From Geosiphon pyriformis uo1 (taxonomy: Eukaryota > Fungi > Glomeromycota): a stretch of 64,000 nt of DNA. Positions 47,204 to 60,100 of the stretch are shown piece by piece; positions within the stretch are counted from its first letter, which is position 1; each line of letters starts with the position of its first letter. The translations under genes were made by a program, and so were the position numbers. Under the pieces are notes generated by a model. That model had not been told where the DNA came from, ran no database searches, and was given only the letters and a program-made list of their open reading frames with translations. The stretch covers positions 496,001-560,000 of the forward strand of contig JAAOMT010000303.1 of assembly GCA_016748015.1 (NCBI GenBank). The letters are read 5' to 3'.

Positions 47204-49938
47204 TGTTACGGGTTGGAGTAACAAGCTAATGGATAGCAAGGGAGAACAGTATTATATAGTGATGGAAATAAACAAAGAAGGAATTACAATAAGGGAGTGA
47301 ATTGAATAAGTAGGAATTCAATGTGCATGATCAGTCTCATAAAAATCACAGTCGCTAATCTTTTCTTAAATCTGAAGGTAGAGGAATAGTCCGTGATTGT
47401 CAACAAGATAACACTGCTGCTATTATTTTATGCCTCAACTCGGCAATTCTTAGAATCAATAACAGATATCGTTGTGCTTTTCAATCGTTTCTTTATTCAA
47501 TGAATTACAAGAGCAAGCCAATTGCTTCTCAGGCTAATTCTAACAAATACAAATCAAGAAGAGGAAAAGATAAGGTATGTGAATGCCAACAAATAGATAC
47601 TTGAAGGTAAGGAAAGGGGAATAAGTGATTATGAGAGGAAGTAATTGATATTGTTTATTTCATTACTTTGATCATGTCTTTCTACAGCTAAGGAAATCAT
47701 CACTTATATAGCTATCTAAAGTGGTCAATGACCAGGTTAATGATCAGATCAATGATCAGGTCAATGATCAGGTCAACAGTCAGGTCATTGATCAGGTCAA
47801 CGATCACTATCTAAAAATAGGGTGGCTAATTATATGACATCAGTGGCTAATACATGTGATAATTAATAAAAACTATGTGTTTCAATCATAACATCATTCT
47901 CTCCAAAGAGATTGAGCTCCGGTGAAATCAAACAATTTATGGGATAGTTTATGTAAAGGGTTTTGTCTAACTCAAAACTAACTAGTTTGTTGAAGTCTTT
48001 TGTGAATAGAGTATATAGTACTTAAGGTGAAATAAGCTTTGTATCCAAGAGACCAAATCTTTGTATAAGAGTTCTGGCTCTTCTTGCAATGGTCAAAACT
48101 CTTGGGACATCTAAACGTATAATGCCCAAAATTTCCACTTGTATCTCTGAAGTTGTTTTCTTCATGAGCTTCATGTCTTCTATGATTTCACCAAAATAAC
48201 CATAGAGTTCTAGTTGTCTTCCATATGACAAGTTTTTGTCTATGGGCAAGATTTCTTGTATTGTTTTTCTAATTGTGCTGGAAGGTGAAAGTATCACTGC
48301 TGTTATGCTTTCCAGCAGGTATTTATCCATTTTGCCACCAATTCTTTCTCTTCTGGTAGTTGTTTTCTTTGGTTTAATAACAGTGTGAGTTCCACTGTTG
48401 TCTGTTATAGTGGTTTGTTTTCCAATAGTCAGAGTAGCATTTGGATAGTTCTTGATCCAGTACTCATGGAGAATATAGAAAGTGTTTTCAATGTTTTGAT
48501 CCAGAAAATAATTGTTCATGTCGATTGAAGATACCTCTGTTTTGGGAATGGTGCATTTATTTATATCTAATTTTTGCTGATCATTTGGGTCAGTATTACC
48601 ACAACAGGTAACCAATCAGGTCATTTGTGATATTTCTTGAGTCGCGTGCCATGAACAGAACAATCACTGAATATTGTTCCATATTGATCTTGTAAGATAT
48701 AAGAACCATTGTTCAAAACTTTGTTAACTATAAAGGGTCCTTTCCACCGGCTAGAGAATTTATCACCATAAACATTGTCTCTGTCTGAACGGTATTCCAA
48801 AACTAAGTCACCAACACTTAAAGAAAGTGTTTTATAGGTCTTTTTCTTTTTGAGCTTCTCTTGGAACTGTTTTATCTTTTCAAAGGCAATTATTCGTGCT
48901 TCTACCAATGAGTCAAAAATGGTACCAAGTCTTCTTTGCAAAATGTCCTTGTAATCTCCTATTGTTATTTCTTCAAAAGGTATTGTTTCTATATCCATTT
49001 CTATTGGTAGAGTTGCCATTCATCCATAGAGCAGATAAAGGGGTTCATAACTTGTTATGTCATAATTCACAGTTCTGTAAGCAAACAAAGCTAAAGGCAA
49101 TACTTTGTCCCATAGGTTGGTTTCTTCACTGGTTTTGGCTAAGGTTTCACATAGTGTTCTATTAAAACGTTCTACTAGGCCATTTGTTTGGGGGTGATAA
49201 GGGGAAGAGAGTTTATGATGTATTCCCATTTTTCTGCAAAGTTCTTTAACCAGTGTATTGAGAAAAGCTCTTTCTCTATCAGATAAAAGTTCTTTGGGGC
49301 AGCTGTGGTGACAGATAATATCTTCATAAATGAAATTGGCAATTGAGACTGCTGTTTGATCTGGGGTGGCTCTTACTTCTACCCACTTTGTAAGATAGTC
49401 GGTAGCTGTGATAATGTATCTGTTGTCATCAGGAGTTACTATTAAAGGTCCAACAACATCTATACCAATTCTGTCAAATGTTGACTAACAGAGATTGGAT
49501 GGATATCTTCCTTGCAATTGGGTTTTCCTCTTCTTTGGCAGGTATCTCAGGTTTTGATGTATTCAGCAATGTCTTTTCCCAAGGTAGGCCAATAATAGCG
49601 AGCTAAAGTTTTCTGAATTGTTTTTGTTTTTTCAAAGTGTCCAGCTAATGGATCAGTGTGCATATTGTAGATCACAATTTCTCTTTCTTCAAATCTAATG
49701 ACTCTCTAGAGGCAGTCAGGATCTTTTTTATTTCTTTTATATAACTGGTTCTGGCAAATCAAATAGAAATTTGATTGTTTGCGCAAATGTTCTCTTTGCT
49801 GTTGAGTATAGTCTGGCAGGTATTGTCCTTTACCCAAAAATTCCATTAAGACAGAGTAGTTGTCTAAGTTCATTATCGTGTTTGTTTGTGGGGGAGTTAC
49901 AAATAATTAAGTTGGTTTGGTTTAAGAGGGTTTTACTA

Positions 49939-51921
49939 TCACTGGATGATAAGTCTGGAGAGAGTGTTGGCATTTTGATGATTAGCTCCTTTGTGGTGTT
50001 GAATGTCATAGTCGAATTCATCCAAGTGGAGTATCCAGCGAGTTATCTGTTTATGTTCCAGGTTTCTTTTGTTGCATAGCCAAACCAAAGTTTGATGATC
50101 TGTTACCACCAAAAATTTTACACCTTTAAGATATTTGTCCCAGTAGCTGGTAGCCCAAACTACTGCTAAGCATTCTTGCTCTGTGACTGAATAGTTCCTT
50201 TCTGCTGGTGTGAGAGTTCTACTGGCATATGCTATGGTGTGTTCTTTGTTATCTCCATCTTTCTGGGAAAGAACAAAACCAAGTCCATAGCCAGATGCAT
50301 CAGTATGAAGGATAAAAGTTTGATCCAGATTAGGTTGCATGAGGATAGGTTCTATAACCAGTTTTTCCTTCAGAATTTCAAATGCTTTTTGTTGATGAGT
50401 GCCCCAGTGATAATTGATGTTTTTTTTAAGTAGCTGATTGAGAGGAGCGGTGATTTTGGAAAAATCTTTGATAAACTTGCGGTAATAAGAGGCCAAACCA
50501 AGAAAAGAGTGTAGTTCATGAACATTCATTGGTTGTCTAATGTTTTGAACTTTTTCAATTTTGGCTGGATCAGAGAAGATTCCATCTTTTATAATAAGAT
50601 GGCCAAGGAACTGGGTGGATTGACGTCCAAAGAATGATTTGATTGGATTGATCTTGAGGCCAGCATTTCTAAGGAGGTCAAAAACCTTTTGCAAATGTTC
50701 AAGGTGTTCATCCCAGGTTTTTGAGCATACCATTATGTCGTCTAAGTAGACTAGAACAAAGTTTTCTTTTACTGATTCAAATACTTTGTCCATTAAGCAT
50801 TGAAAGGTGGGAGGAGCATTTGTGAGACCAAAAAGCATGACTGTGAATTTGTAGGTGCCATACTTGGTGATGAAGGCAGTTTTTTTTTTGCTTTTTGGAT
50901 CCATCTCTACATGCCAGAATCCAGCAGTTAAGTCAATGGTTGAGAAGAAAGCAGCACCATAGAATTGGTCTAGCATTGCATCAATCTTGGGAAGTGAGTA
51001 CATGTCTCTTTCAGTAATGGCATTTAATTGGCAATAGTCAACACAAAAGCATAGGGTTCCACCTTTCTTGGATACCACTACAACCGGGAATGCCCATTCA
51101 CTCTTGGTTTCCTGTATGAATCCAAGGTTTTTCATTCGGGTTATTTCCTTTTTAATAAACTCATCATTGCACTGTTTGGATTGATAGGGCTTCAAATGAA
51201 TGAGGCAAGTTTCTCTGGTGATGATGGTGTGTTGTATCACATGTGTATGTCCAGGAGGTTCACCTTCTTTTGAGATAACTGGGCTATTTCTAGCCAGCAG
51301 GTTTTCAATGTCTATCTTTCTTTCTTCTGGAGAGGGTTTTCTTTGTTCTACAACCAGTGATTGGATTTCAGGTGGTTTGTTTTCAAAAGATTTTTGGACT
51401 TTTTTTATTTCTTTATGGGGTATCAAGCTGATTGGTTCCCAATCTTTGTAATAGATCAGGCAGGACATGCATTCATTGCTAGGAGAATACAATGGTTTGT
51501 TACACCAGTACTGGGCACAAGGACCATGTCACCAATAACTGTATTTGGCTTTCTTGCCTGGCTTTCTGTCAAAAGTTCTTCTAAGCATGTCATAATAAGG
51601 CCAGCAGATCAGCTTGCCATTGACAATAATTTCTTCTTTATCTGTCTTAACATTATCCAGTGGTTTGCCATTGCTGGTGAAGATGGTATAGGCGAGTTCA
51701 GCAGTTTCTTCTTGTTCTTCTTGTTCTTCTTCTTCCTCACTTTCTTCATCATCTGATTCATCTGATTCATTTTCTTCTGGGCTTTGCTTGGGTACTGGGG
51801 GAGTTGTCCAATGGCAACATTTAACCACAATGGGTTTTTCACCACATCTGATGGTTAGTTCACAGAGTTCATAATCAAGCAAAGCTTTTGCTTTCTTGAG
51901 CCATTCATTGCCAACAATGAT
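49939..51921 (-). pseudogene. pol: A7 pol; RT-RNase H open for 517 aa (49939-51492)
   Basis: YLDD, TDASG, ECLA motifs; ends TLSRLIIQ*. Confidence 0.92.
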
Positions 51922-52212
51922 NNNNNNNNNNNNNNNNNNNNNNNNNNNNNNNNNNNNNNNNNNNNNNNNNNNNNNNNNNNNNNNNNNNNNNNNNNNNNNN
52001 NNNNNNNNNNNNNNNNNNNNNNNNNNNNNNNNNNNNNNNNNNNNNNNNNNNNNNNNNNNNNNNNNNNNNNNNNNNNNNNNNNNNNNNNNNNNNNNNNNNN
52101 NNNNNNNNNNNNNNNNNNNNNNNNNNNNNNNNNNNNNNNNNNNNNNNNNNNNNNNNNNNNNNNNNNNNNNNNNNNNNNNNNNNNNNNNNNNNNNNNNNNN
52201 NNNNNNNNNNNN
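51922..52212. other. Assembly gap (291 N)
   Basis: Run of N. Confidence 1.
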
Positions 52213-52215
52213 TGC

Positions 52216-53750
52216 CTACCAGTTTAAAGGCTGATAAACAGTGGCTTCAACTAGGGGATCCTCTCCAAAGAAATTGATGTTGGCATGATTGGGTCTTTGG
52301 TTGGGCACATTGTTGTTGTTGGGTCTGTTGTTCTGAGCATCATTGTTTCTGGGAACTGGTGGAGGCAGTGGAGGATTGTTGCAATCTCTTGAAAAGTGTC
52401 CAGTTAATCCACAGTGATAGCATACAGGTGGGCCACGATTTTGTTGTCTTTGATAAGGTGGTTGCTGGGGCTGATTGAAGCGTGGTTCAAATCTGGGTCT
52501 TTGTGGTTGTTGATTTTCTCTGACTGCTTGGGCTAAGGGTTCTAATAACCGGGCAAGATTTGCTGTGAGTCTGTCTATTAACTGTTCATTTGGATCTTGA
52601 GTATGAGTGGCAAAAGAAGTAGCAACCATTTGAGGGGCAGGAGCAAAAACTGGTAGTGTGGATCCCAAGTGCATCCTTTGGTTATCTTCAATTCTTTGTG
52701 CTAATTCAATGGCCATATCCATGGTGGGATTATCTTTCAGGGCCAGGAGGGGCCAAAGAGCATGTGATAGATCAGTTCTCAATCCTTTTGTGAAGGAGTG
52801 AATTTTCTGCTCTTCTGTCCAATTTCTCCCAGAGTCTACACGTTTGATTAGCTTTCTAATAGTCTTGGCATATTCAGTCACTACTTTTCCAGGACCTTGG
52901 GTTCTTCTTTCCAATTCCATGCGCCATTTGGATATTAATATTGGAGTTCTGAACTTGGCCTCAAATCGGGTAGTGAAAGAGGTATTTTCTTCTCCAGCAT
53001 TGATTGGTGTCCATCTGATTATTCTGTGTTGAGCATTGGCATCTGTTTCTTGTGAGAACCAGGTAGCAGGAAAGCCTTGGAGGTAGCCACCAACAATTTG
53101 GAACTTGTATTCTTCATCATACTGGTTGGCTGTGACAGCTTTCTCAAAATCATCCAACCATTCAATTGGATCTTGTGCATCACCTCTAAATAGTGGTAGT
53201 GGGGTATTGTTTTTTCTTCCTAGAGCAGTTTGTATACCTTGGAGGGTGGCCAAAATGTTTGCTTGCATGGGGTCATTAGCCATTGGTTCAGGGGTAACTG
53301 TTTGTGTAGACAAGTCTGATTTACTTGATAAAAGGTCAAAAACAAGGGCAGTTTGGTAGCTTTCTTCTTCTGTTTCAAAGGGAGTTTCAGTTGCTTGATG
53401 GGCAGCAATCCAAATGTGGATTTGATGATTCAGATATTCGAAATCAGGAGGCTGTTGTTCAAAGGTTGCAGAATATAAGAGTTGATTGATACTGTTGTTT
53501 CTTTCTTCAAAGTCGTTTTCAAAATAAGCTTGGTCAAAGTAATAGGTTGTATAAGCTGTGTAGGTTTCAGCTGAATGCTCGTTTAGGAACCAGTTCCAAA
53601 AGTCTTGGAATTGTCTACTGGATTGTTCTTCAAGAGGAAAGCAGATCAAGCAGAAGGGCAGAGGATTAAGTTCAATGAAATCTAGGTCGTTTCTGTTGTG
53701 TGCTCAAAGTGTTCTTCTAATTGCTGTGGCAGATATGAGTAATCACCCAT
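52216..53750 (-). pseudogene. gag: A7 gag, best preserved (477 aa open; one frameshift near the N-terminus)
   Basis: ATG 53750 is out of frame with ORF 52216-53649; capsid and CCHC intact. Confidence 0.9.
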
Positions 53751-54506
53751 ACAATGAGAGAATAAGTGAATTTTGACAACCTCACAGGGAGCACCACTTT
53801 TATGTTACAGGTTGGAGTAACAAGCTAACGGATAGCAAGGGAGAACAGTATTGTATGGTAATGGAAATAAACAAAGAGGGAATTATAATAAGGGAGCAAA
53901 TTGAATAAGTAGGAATTCAATGTGGGTGATCAGTCTCATAAAAATCACAGTCACTAATCTTTTCTTAAATCTGAAGGTAGAGGAATAGTCAACAAGATAA
54001 CACCACTGCTATTATTCTATGCCTTAACTCAGTGATTTTTAGAATTAATAACAGATATCATTGTACTTTTCAATCATTTCTTTATTCAATTAATTACAAA
54101 AGCAAGCCAATTGCTTCTCAGGCTAATTCTAACAAATACAAATTAAGAAGAGGAAAAGATAAGGTATGTGAATGCCAACAAGTAGATACTTGAAGGTAAG
54201 GAAAGGGGAATAAGCAATTATGAGAAGAAGTAATTGATATTGTTTATTTCGTTACTTTGATTATGTCTTTCTACAGCTAAGGGAATCATCACTTATATAG
54301 CTATCTAAAGTGGTCAATGATCAGGTCAATGATCAGGTCAATGATCAGGTCATTGATCAGGTCAATAATCAGGTCAATGATCAGGTCAACAGTCAGGTCA
54401 TTGATCAGATCAACAATCACTATCTAAAAATAGGGTGGCTAATTATATGACATCAGTGGCTAATACATGTGATAACTAATAAAAACTATGGGTTTCAACC
54501 ATAACA

Positions 54507-55968
54507 GTACTATGTATGTTGAAACCACCAGATGGACTTCTCTTGGCTCTGTTATCAATACCCATTGATTTTTTTCATTCAGTTTGCAATTTGCAACATT
54601 CTCCCCACAATCTATTTCTTGCTTGAGTAACTGCCCATTTATCCACCTTAATTAATATATTATTGTTAGTTCCTAGGTTTATGTCAGCAAAAGTGTTGAT
54701 TCTTCCGAATTGCTTATTGATCAATCTTTTACATAGCAGATCTATGTTAGATGTTGACCTGATGTATTCATTAAACAGTACAATTTTCTCATCAGCATTT
54801 AGGGCTTCATGTCTCCCTCTTGCAGCCTCTGAAAGGCACTGTATCCACTTATCTTTTACATCATTAATCAGTGTCTTGTTTTTTTGGGTATTCAGAGAGC
54901 ATTTCCAAAAGTACTGGTTGGTTTCCACTTTCCTGTGACATAATTTACAGAGATTATTCAGGTATACAAGAGGATGTCTGTTGTATAGCACCTCTGCTGT
55001 TGACAGCATGTTGTGAAATGATTTCATAATAAATGTGTGCATTGCTGAAGAACCAGCTAAGGTAAAGCCTGATGATATTTTACCATCCCAGTTCCAAATC
55101 TTGGTTGTACATGTCCAGTCTATATCTTAGTCTAAAGATCCTATTGTCTCTTGGACTTTGTTGTTGCCTATTCAATTCAAAGCTGCTTGAAGACTAGTCT
55201 GTTTGCTCAGAAAATGTCTAATATTTAGATCCAATTTAACTCCTCTACAAAAGGGAATATATGCAGTCTCCTTAGCATTGTAGGCCCACCTCACTGTGTT
55301 AAGAGTAATAGATTCTTTGGCTAGTTTGTCAGCCTTCTTATTTTCTAATATACCAGTATGTGCAGCCACTTTGTTCATGTTGAGATCAATTCTCTTTTCT
55401 CTTATTATTGCTCTGATTGCATTCCATGTGCACCAGTTTAAAGTTTTGAGCTAATTTTTAATAGACAAGAGAAAATCTTTGAACAATTATTTTTGAGCTG
55501 TTAACATCACTGCTTGACTATCTGTGTTTATTGTTAGCTTGCATCTGTAAGGTACTGCTTTCAAAGCCATCAACTGCTATATCAAATTTGGCCTCTATCC
55601 TATGTGTTATAAAAGCAGCTGCTCTTCTTGTATCCTCAGAACCAGCTTTTACCAGTGAGCTATCTGTTGATATTTCTAACTTTTTTTTGAGTCTTAACTT
55701 CTCTCATACACCCCTCCATTGTGGTAACAAATTGTCAGGAATATGGATGTAAATAGTGTCTCTTTGCATTGTTTCTAAATCATCAGGTATTTGGTTAGTC
55801 AGTTTGTGCATCTCCAATACTTCATATTGTGCTACCTTAATGTTCCTGTACTCATCCATAATAATTGTAGACTCTAAAATCTTAAACCATCTGGAAATTC
55901 TACCACTATCATTTTGCCTATACTTCCTTGTGAAGTCCATCCATGTTATCAATGACTCATCTTTGTTC
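54507..55968 (-). mobile_element. LINE L3 fragment (RNase H and C-terminal zinc finger of ORF2)
   Basis: KVAAHTGILENKKADKLAK and CKLCHRKVETNQ; colinear with 5645-6490. Confidence 0.88.
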
Positions 55969-57149
55969 TTTTTTTTTGTTAATGTGTAGCCATGCTGATT
56001 GTTTATTAGTTAAGTTAACAGTAATGTGATGGTTTCATAAAGCCAGCTCACCCAATAATACAAAAATTACAAGATGTGGCTAACCACTTAGTGGAAAGCC
56101 CTAACTACACACTAGTACTACCTTTGCTACTTAATGTATCAAACATATCCAATTCATACATCTTACCCATAATGCTAACAAGCTCATGACTATTCTTAAC
56201 CATACTACTCATCCACTTAGCAGTCTGATCAGGACTGGATTTAATACTGAAAGACTGATCTTCCCATAGGTGCATCATAACATCAAAGATATTATCATAA
56301 ACTGAAAAATCTTTATTGTCATCATCATCATCAACCATGTCATCAACATCTGATCCATCTTCCAAGCCAGCCTGTTCACATCTTTTCTCAAGGTGTGTAA
56401 TGCTTCTTTGCATCACAGAAACAACAGCAGCCAAGCCTTTATTTTGCTCAGTCAAACCATCCACACATTCCTTAACCAACACATCCATGGCAGTTGGAGT
56501 AGACAGCAGTTTAGTAACCAATGCAACAAGAGCACCAACAGGTTCAACTAAGGATTTTATTAACACAGAGAGTTCACTAAGATGGGATTCCAAGGAATCT
56601 AACCTAGATTCAACAGCAGACTTGAGAACAGAAAGTATAGCAGACACCATAGGTGGTGTAGTTTTGGAAGAACCACCGAGATCCAAGTTCATATCAGCAG
56701 CAGCAGCAGCACCAGGAGGAACCACAAAAACAGCAGCTTTGGCATAAGATTTAGATCCAGCAAATGAAAGTTTGAAAATTTTGGGGCCACCAGAAGTGTT
56801 GAAGTAGAGTTTGGTTGTAGAAGATGACAACTTCTTGCAGTTCATGGCCAAATGATCCAAGTTTTGACACCTGTAACAGTAGCGACACCCAGAAGTTTCC
56901 CACCAGATGCGACAACCATGCAAGGTACCAGTTTTTAACACAGCAACATTCAGAAATTCCAAAGAATCAAAGGTAACCACAGCAAAGCATTGGCATCAAT
57001 AAGATTCAGGGAAGCAAGGAATGAAACACATATGGCCACCAACTTGGGAGACCAAATTACTTATCTCAAAGGCAGTACAGCCAAATGGAAGATTGACCAA
57101 CTTAGCTTTGAATGCATTTCTTGAGGAAATAATCTTCTTTTGACACTAT
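55969..57149 (-). mobile_element. ORF1-only non-LTR element L4 sharing the LINE 3' UTR; 5' side cut by A8
   Basis: Poly(T) 55969-55977; 3' UTR similar to 5345-5500; ORF runs directly into the UTR. Confidence 0.78.
56105..56980 (-). CDS. L4 ORF1-like protein, 5'-incomplete (CCHC knuckle, coiled coil, acidic patch)
   Basis: CYRCQNLDHLAMNC; VESRLDSLESHLSEL heptads; 291 aa open. Confidence 0.7.
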   Translation of the reverse strand: MVTFDSLEFLNVAVLKTGTLHGCRIWWETSGCRYCYRCQNLDHLAMNCKKLSSSTTKLYFNTSGGPKIFKLSFAGSKSYAKAAVFVVPPGAAAAADMNLDLGGSSKTTPPMVSAILSVLKSAVESRLDSLESHLSELSVLIKSLVEPVGALVALVTKLLSTPTAMDVLVKECVDGLTEQNKGLAAVVSVMQRSITHLEKRCEQAGLEDGSDVDDMVDDDDDNKDFSVYDNIFDVMMHLWEDQSFSIKSSPDQTAKWMSSMVKNSHELVSIMGKMYELDMFDTLSSKGSTSV

Positions 57150-60100
57150 TGTTATGGGTTGGAGTAACAAGCTAATGGATAGCAAGGGAGAACAGGATTG
57201 TAGGGTGATAGAAATAATTAAAGGGGAATTCAACTTTAAAGAGTGAATTGAATAAGTATGAATTCAATGTGCGAGATCAGTCTCATAAAATATCTTAGTT
57301 GCTATTCTTTTCAAAAGATAACAAGGGAATCTGAAGGTAGAGGGATAGTCTATACTGTCAACAATTGATCACCACTAGTATTAATTCTATGTCTTCACGT
57401 CAGCACTTTTAAAATTCAATATCAGGTATCAACTTGTGCTTTTTAGTCACATTTATACAAATAATCTTCAATACTACAATTATTCAAACAGGAAAAGGCC
57501 AACAAGTAATTTTTTATCTTAAGATGTTCGGATACTTAAAGGTAGGGAAAGAGAAATTAGTAATAAAAGAGTGATTGAGATAAAAGTTGTTATTTTTATT
57601 TATTTGATTCTTGTCTGAGAGATGATTTTCTACAGCTAAGAGACTCATCGCTTATATAGCTAATGAAAGTGGTCAATGATCAGGTCAACGACTAGGTCAA
57701 TGATCAGGTCAATGATCAGGTCAACAATCAGATCATTGATTAGGTCAATGATCAGGTCAATGATCAGGTCAACAGTCAGGTCATTGATCAAATCAATGAT
57801 CACTATCTAAAAATAGAGTGGCTAATTATATGACATCAGTGGCTAATACATGTGATAACTAATAAAAATTATGGGTTTCAACCATAACATCATCCTCTCT
57901 AAAGAGATTGAGCTCTGGTAAAATCAAGCTATTTATAGGGTATTCTAATTGATGGGTTTTATCTAACTCAAAACTAACTAGTTTGTTGAAGTCTTTTGTG
58001 GATAGAGTGTATAGTACTTGAGGTGAAATAAGCTTTGTATCCAAGAGACCAAATCTTTTTATAAGAGTTTTGGCTCTTCTTGCAATGGTCAAAACTCTTG
58101 GGACATCTAAACGTATAATGCCCAAAATTTCCACTTGTATCTCTGAAGTTGTTTTCTTTATGAACTTCATTTCTTCTATGATTTCACCAAGATGACCATA
58201 GAGTTCTAGTTGCCTTCCATATAACAAGTTTTTGTCTATGGACAAGATTTCCTTAATCATTTTTCCAATTGTTATGGAAGGTGTAAGTATTGCTGCTATT
58301 ATGCTTTCCAGCAAATACTTATCCATTTTGCTACCAATTCTTTCTCTTCTGGTAGTGGTTTTCTTTGGTCTAATAACAGTATGTGTTCCACTGTTATCAG
58401 TTATGGTGGTTTGTTTTCCAATGATCAGAGTAGCATTTGGATAATTTTTAATTCAGTACTCATGGAGAGTGTAGAAAGCATTTTGAATGTTTTGATCTAG
58501 AAAATAATTGTTCATGTCAATTGAAGATACCTCTGTTTTGGGAATGGTGCATTTATTTATATCTGATTTTTGTTGATCATTTGGGTCAGTATTACCACAA
58601 CAGGTAACCAATCAGGTCATTTGTAATATTTCTTGAGTCGTGTGCCATAAACAAGGCAATTATTGAAGATTGTTCTATATTGATCTTGTAAGATATAAGA
58701 ACCATTGTTCAAAACTTTGTTGACTATAAAGGGTCTTTTCCACTGGCTAGAGAATTTATTACCATAGACATTGTCTTTGTCTAAATAATATTCTAAAACT
58801 AAGTTACCAACACTTAAAAAAAGTGTTTTATATGTTTTCTTTTTCTTAAGCTTCTCTTGGAATTGTTTTATTTTTTCAAAGGCAATTATTTGTGCTTCTA
58901 CTAATGAGTCAAGAATGGTACCAAGTCTTCTTTGCAAAATGTTTTTGTAATTCTCTATTGTTATTTCTTCAAAGGGTATTGTCTCAATATCAGTTTTTAT
59001 TGGTAGGGTTGCCATTCATCCATAGAATAGATAAAAGGGTTCATAACTTGTTATGTCATGATTCACAGTTCTATAGGCAAACAAGGCTGAAAGCAGTACT
59101 TTGTCCCATAAGTTTGTTCCTTCACTTGTTTTGGCTAGAGTTTCACATAGTGTTCTATTAAAACGTTCCACTAGGCCATTTGTTTGGGGGTGATAAAGAG
59201 AGGAAAGTTTGTGACATATTCCCATTTTTCTGCAAAGTTCTTCAACAAGTATATTGAGAAAAGCTCTTTCTCTGTCAGATAAAAGTTCTTTGGGACAGCC
59301 ATAATGACAAATGATATCTTTATAAATGAAATTGGCTATTGAGACTGCTGTTTGGTCTGGAGTGGTTCTTGTTTCTACCCACTTTGTAAGATAGTCAGTA
59401 GCTGTGATAATGTATTTGTTGCCATCAGGAGTTATTGTTAAAGGTCCAACAACATCTATACCAATTTTGTCAAAGGGTTGACCAACAGAGATTGGATGGA
59501 TATCTTCTTTGTGATTGGGTTTTCCTTTTCTTTGGCAGATATCACAGGTTTTGATGTATTCAGCAATGTCTTTTCCCAAGGTAGGCCAATAATAACGAGC
59601 TAGAGTTTTCTGAATTGTTTTTGTTTTTCCAAAGTGTCCAGCTAATGGATCAGTGTGCATATTGTAGATCACAATTTCTCTTTCTTCAAATCTAATGACT
59701 CTCTAGGGGCAGTCAGGATCTTTTCTATTTTTTTTATAAAGTTGGTTCTAGCGAATCAAATAGAAATTTGATTGTTTGCACAAATGTTCTCTTTGTTGTT
59801 GTATGTATTTCGGTGGGTATTGTCCTTTACCCAAAAATTCCATTAAGACAGAGTAGTTGTCCAAGTCCATTATTGTGTTTGTCAAAAAGGGGGAATTACT
59901 AATAATTAAGTTGGTTTGGTTTGAGAGGATTGTTCTGTCACTAGATAGTAAGTCTGGAGAGAGGATTGGCATTTTGATGATTAGCTCCTTTGCGATGTTG
60001 AATATCATAATCAAATTCATCTAAGTAGAGTATTCAGCGAGTTATCCATTTGTGTTCTAGCCTCTTTTTGTTGCACAGCCAAACCAAAGCTTGGTGATCT

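Larger units (their letters stand above)
47204..54506 (-). mobile_element. Gypsy A7, spanning an assembly gap (ORF3 47863-48519, INT 48561-49873)
   Basis: LTRs 47204-47893 and 53803-54506, PBS 53780-53796; flanks CTAG/GTAC do not match. Confidence 0.85.

Noticed and set aside
54310-54420. AGGTCA-n-TGA(T/C)C resemblance to nuclear-receptor response elements
   Set aside because: The host appears fungal and fungi lack nuclear receptors; resemblance alone is insufficient
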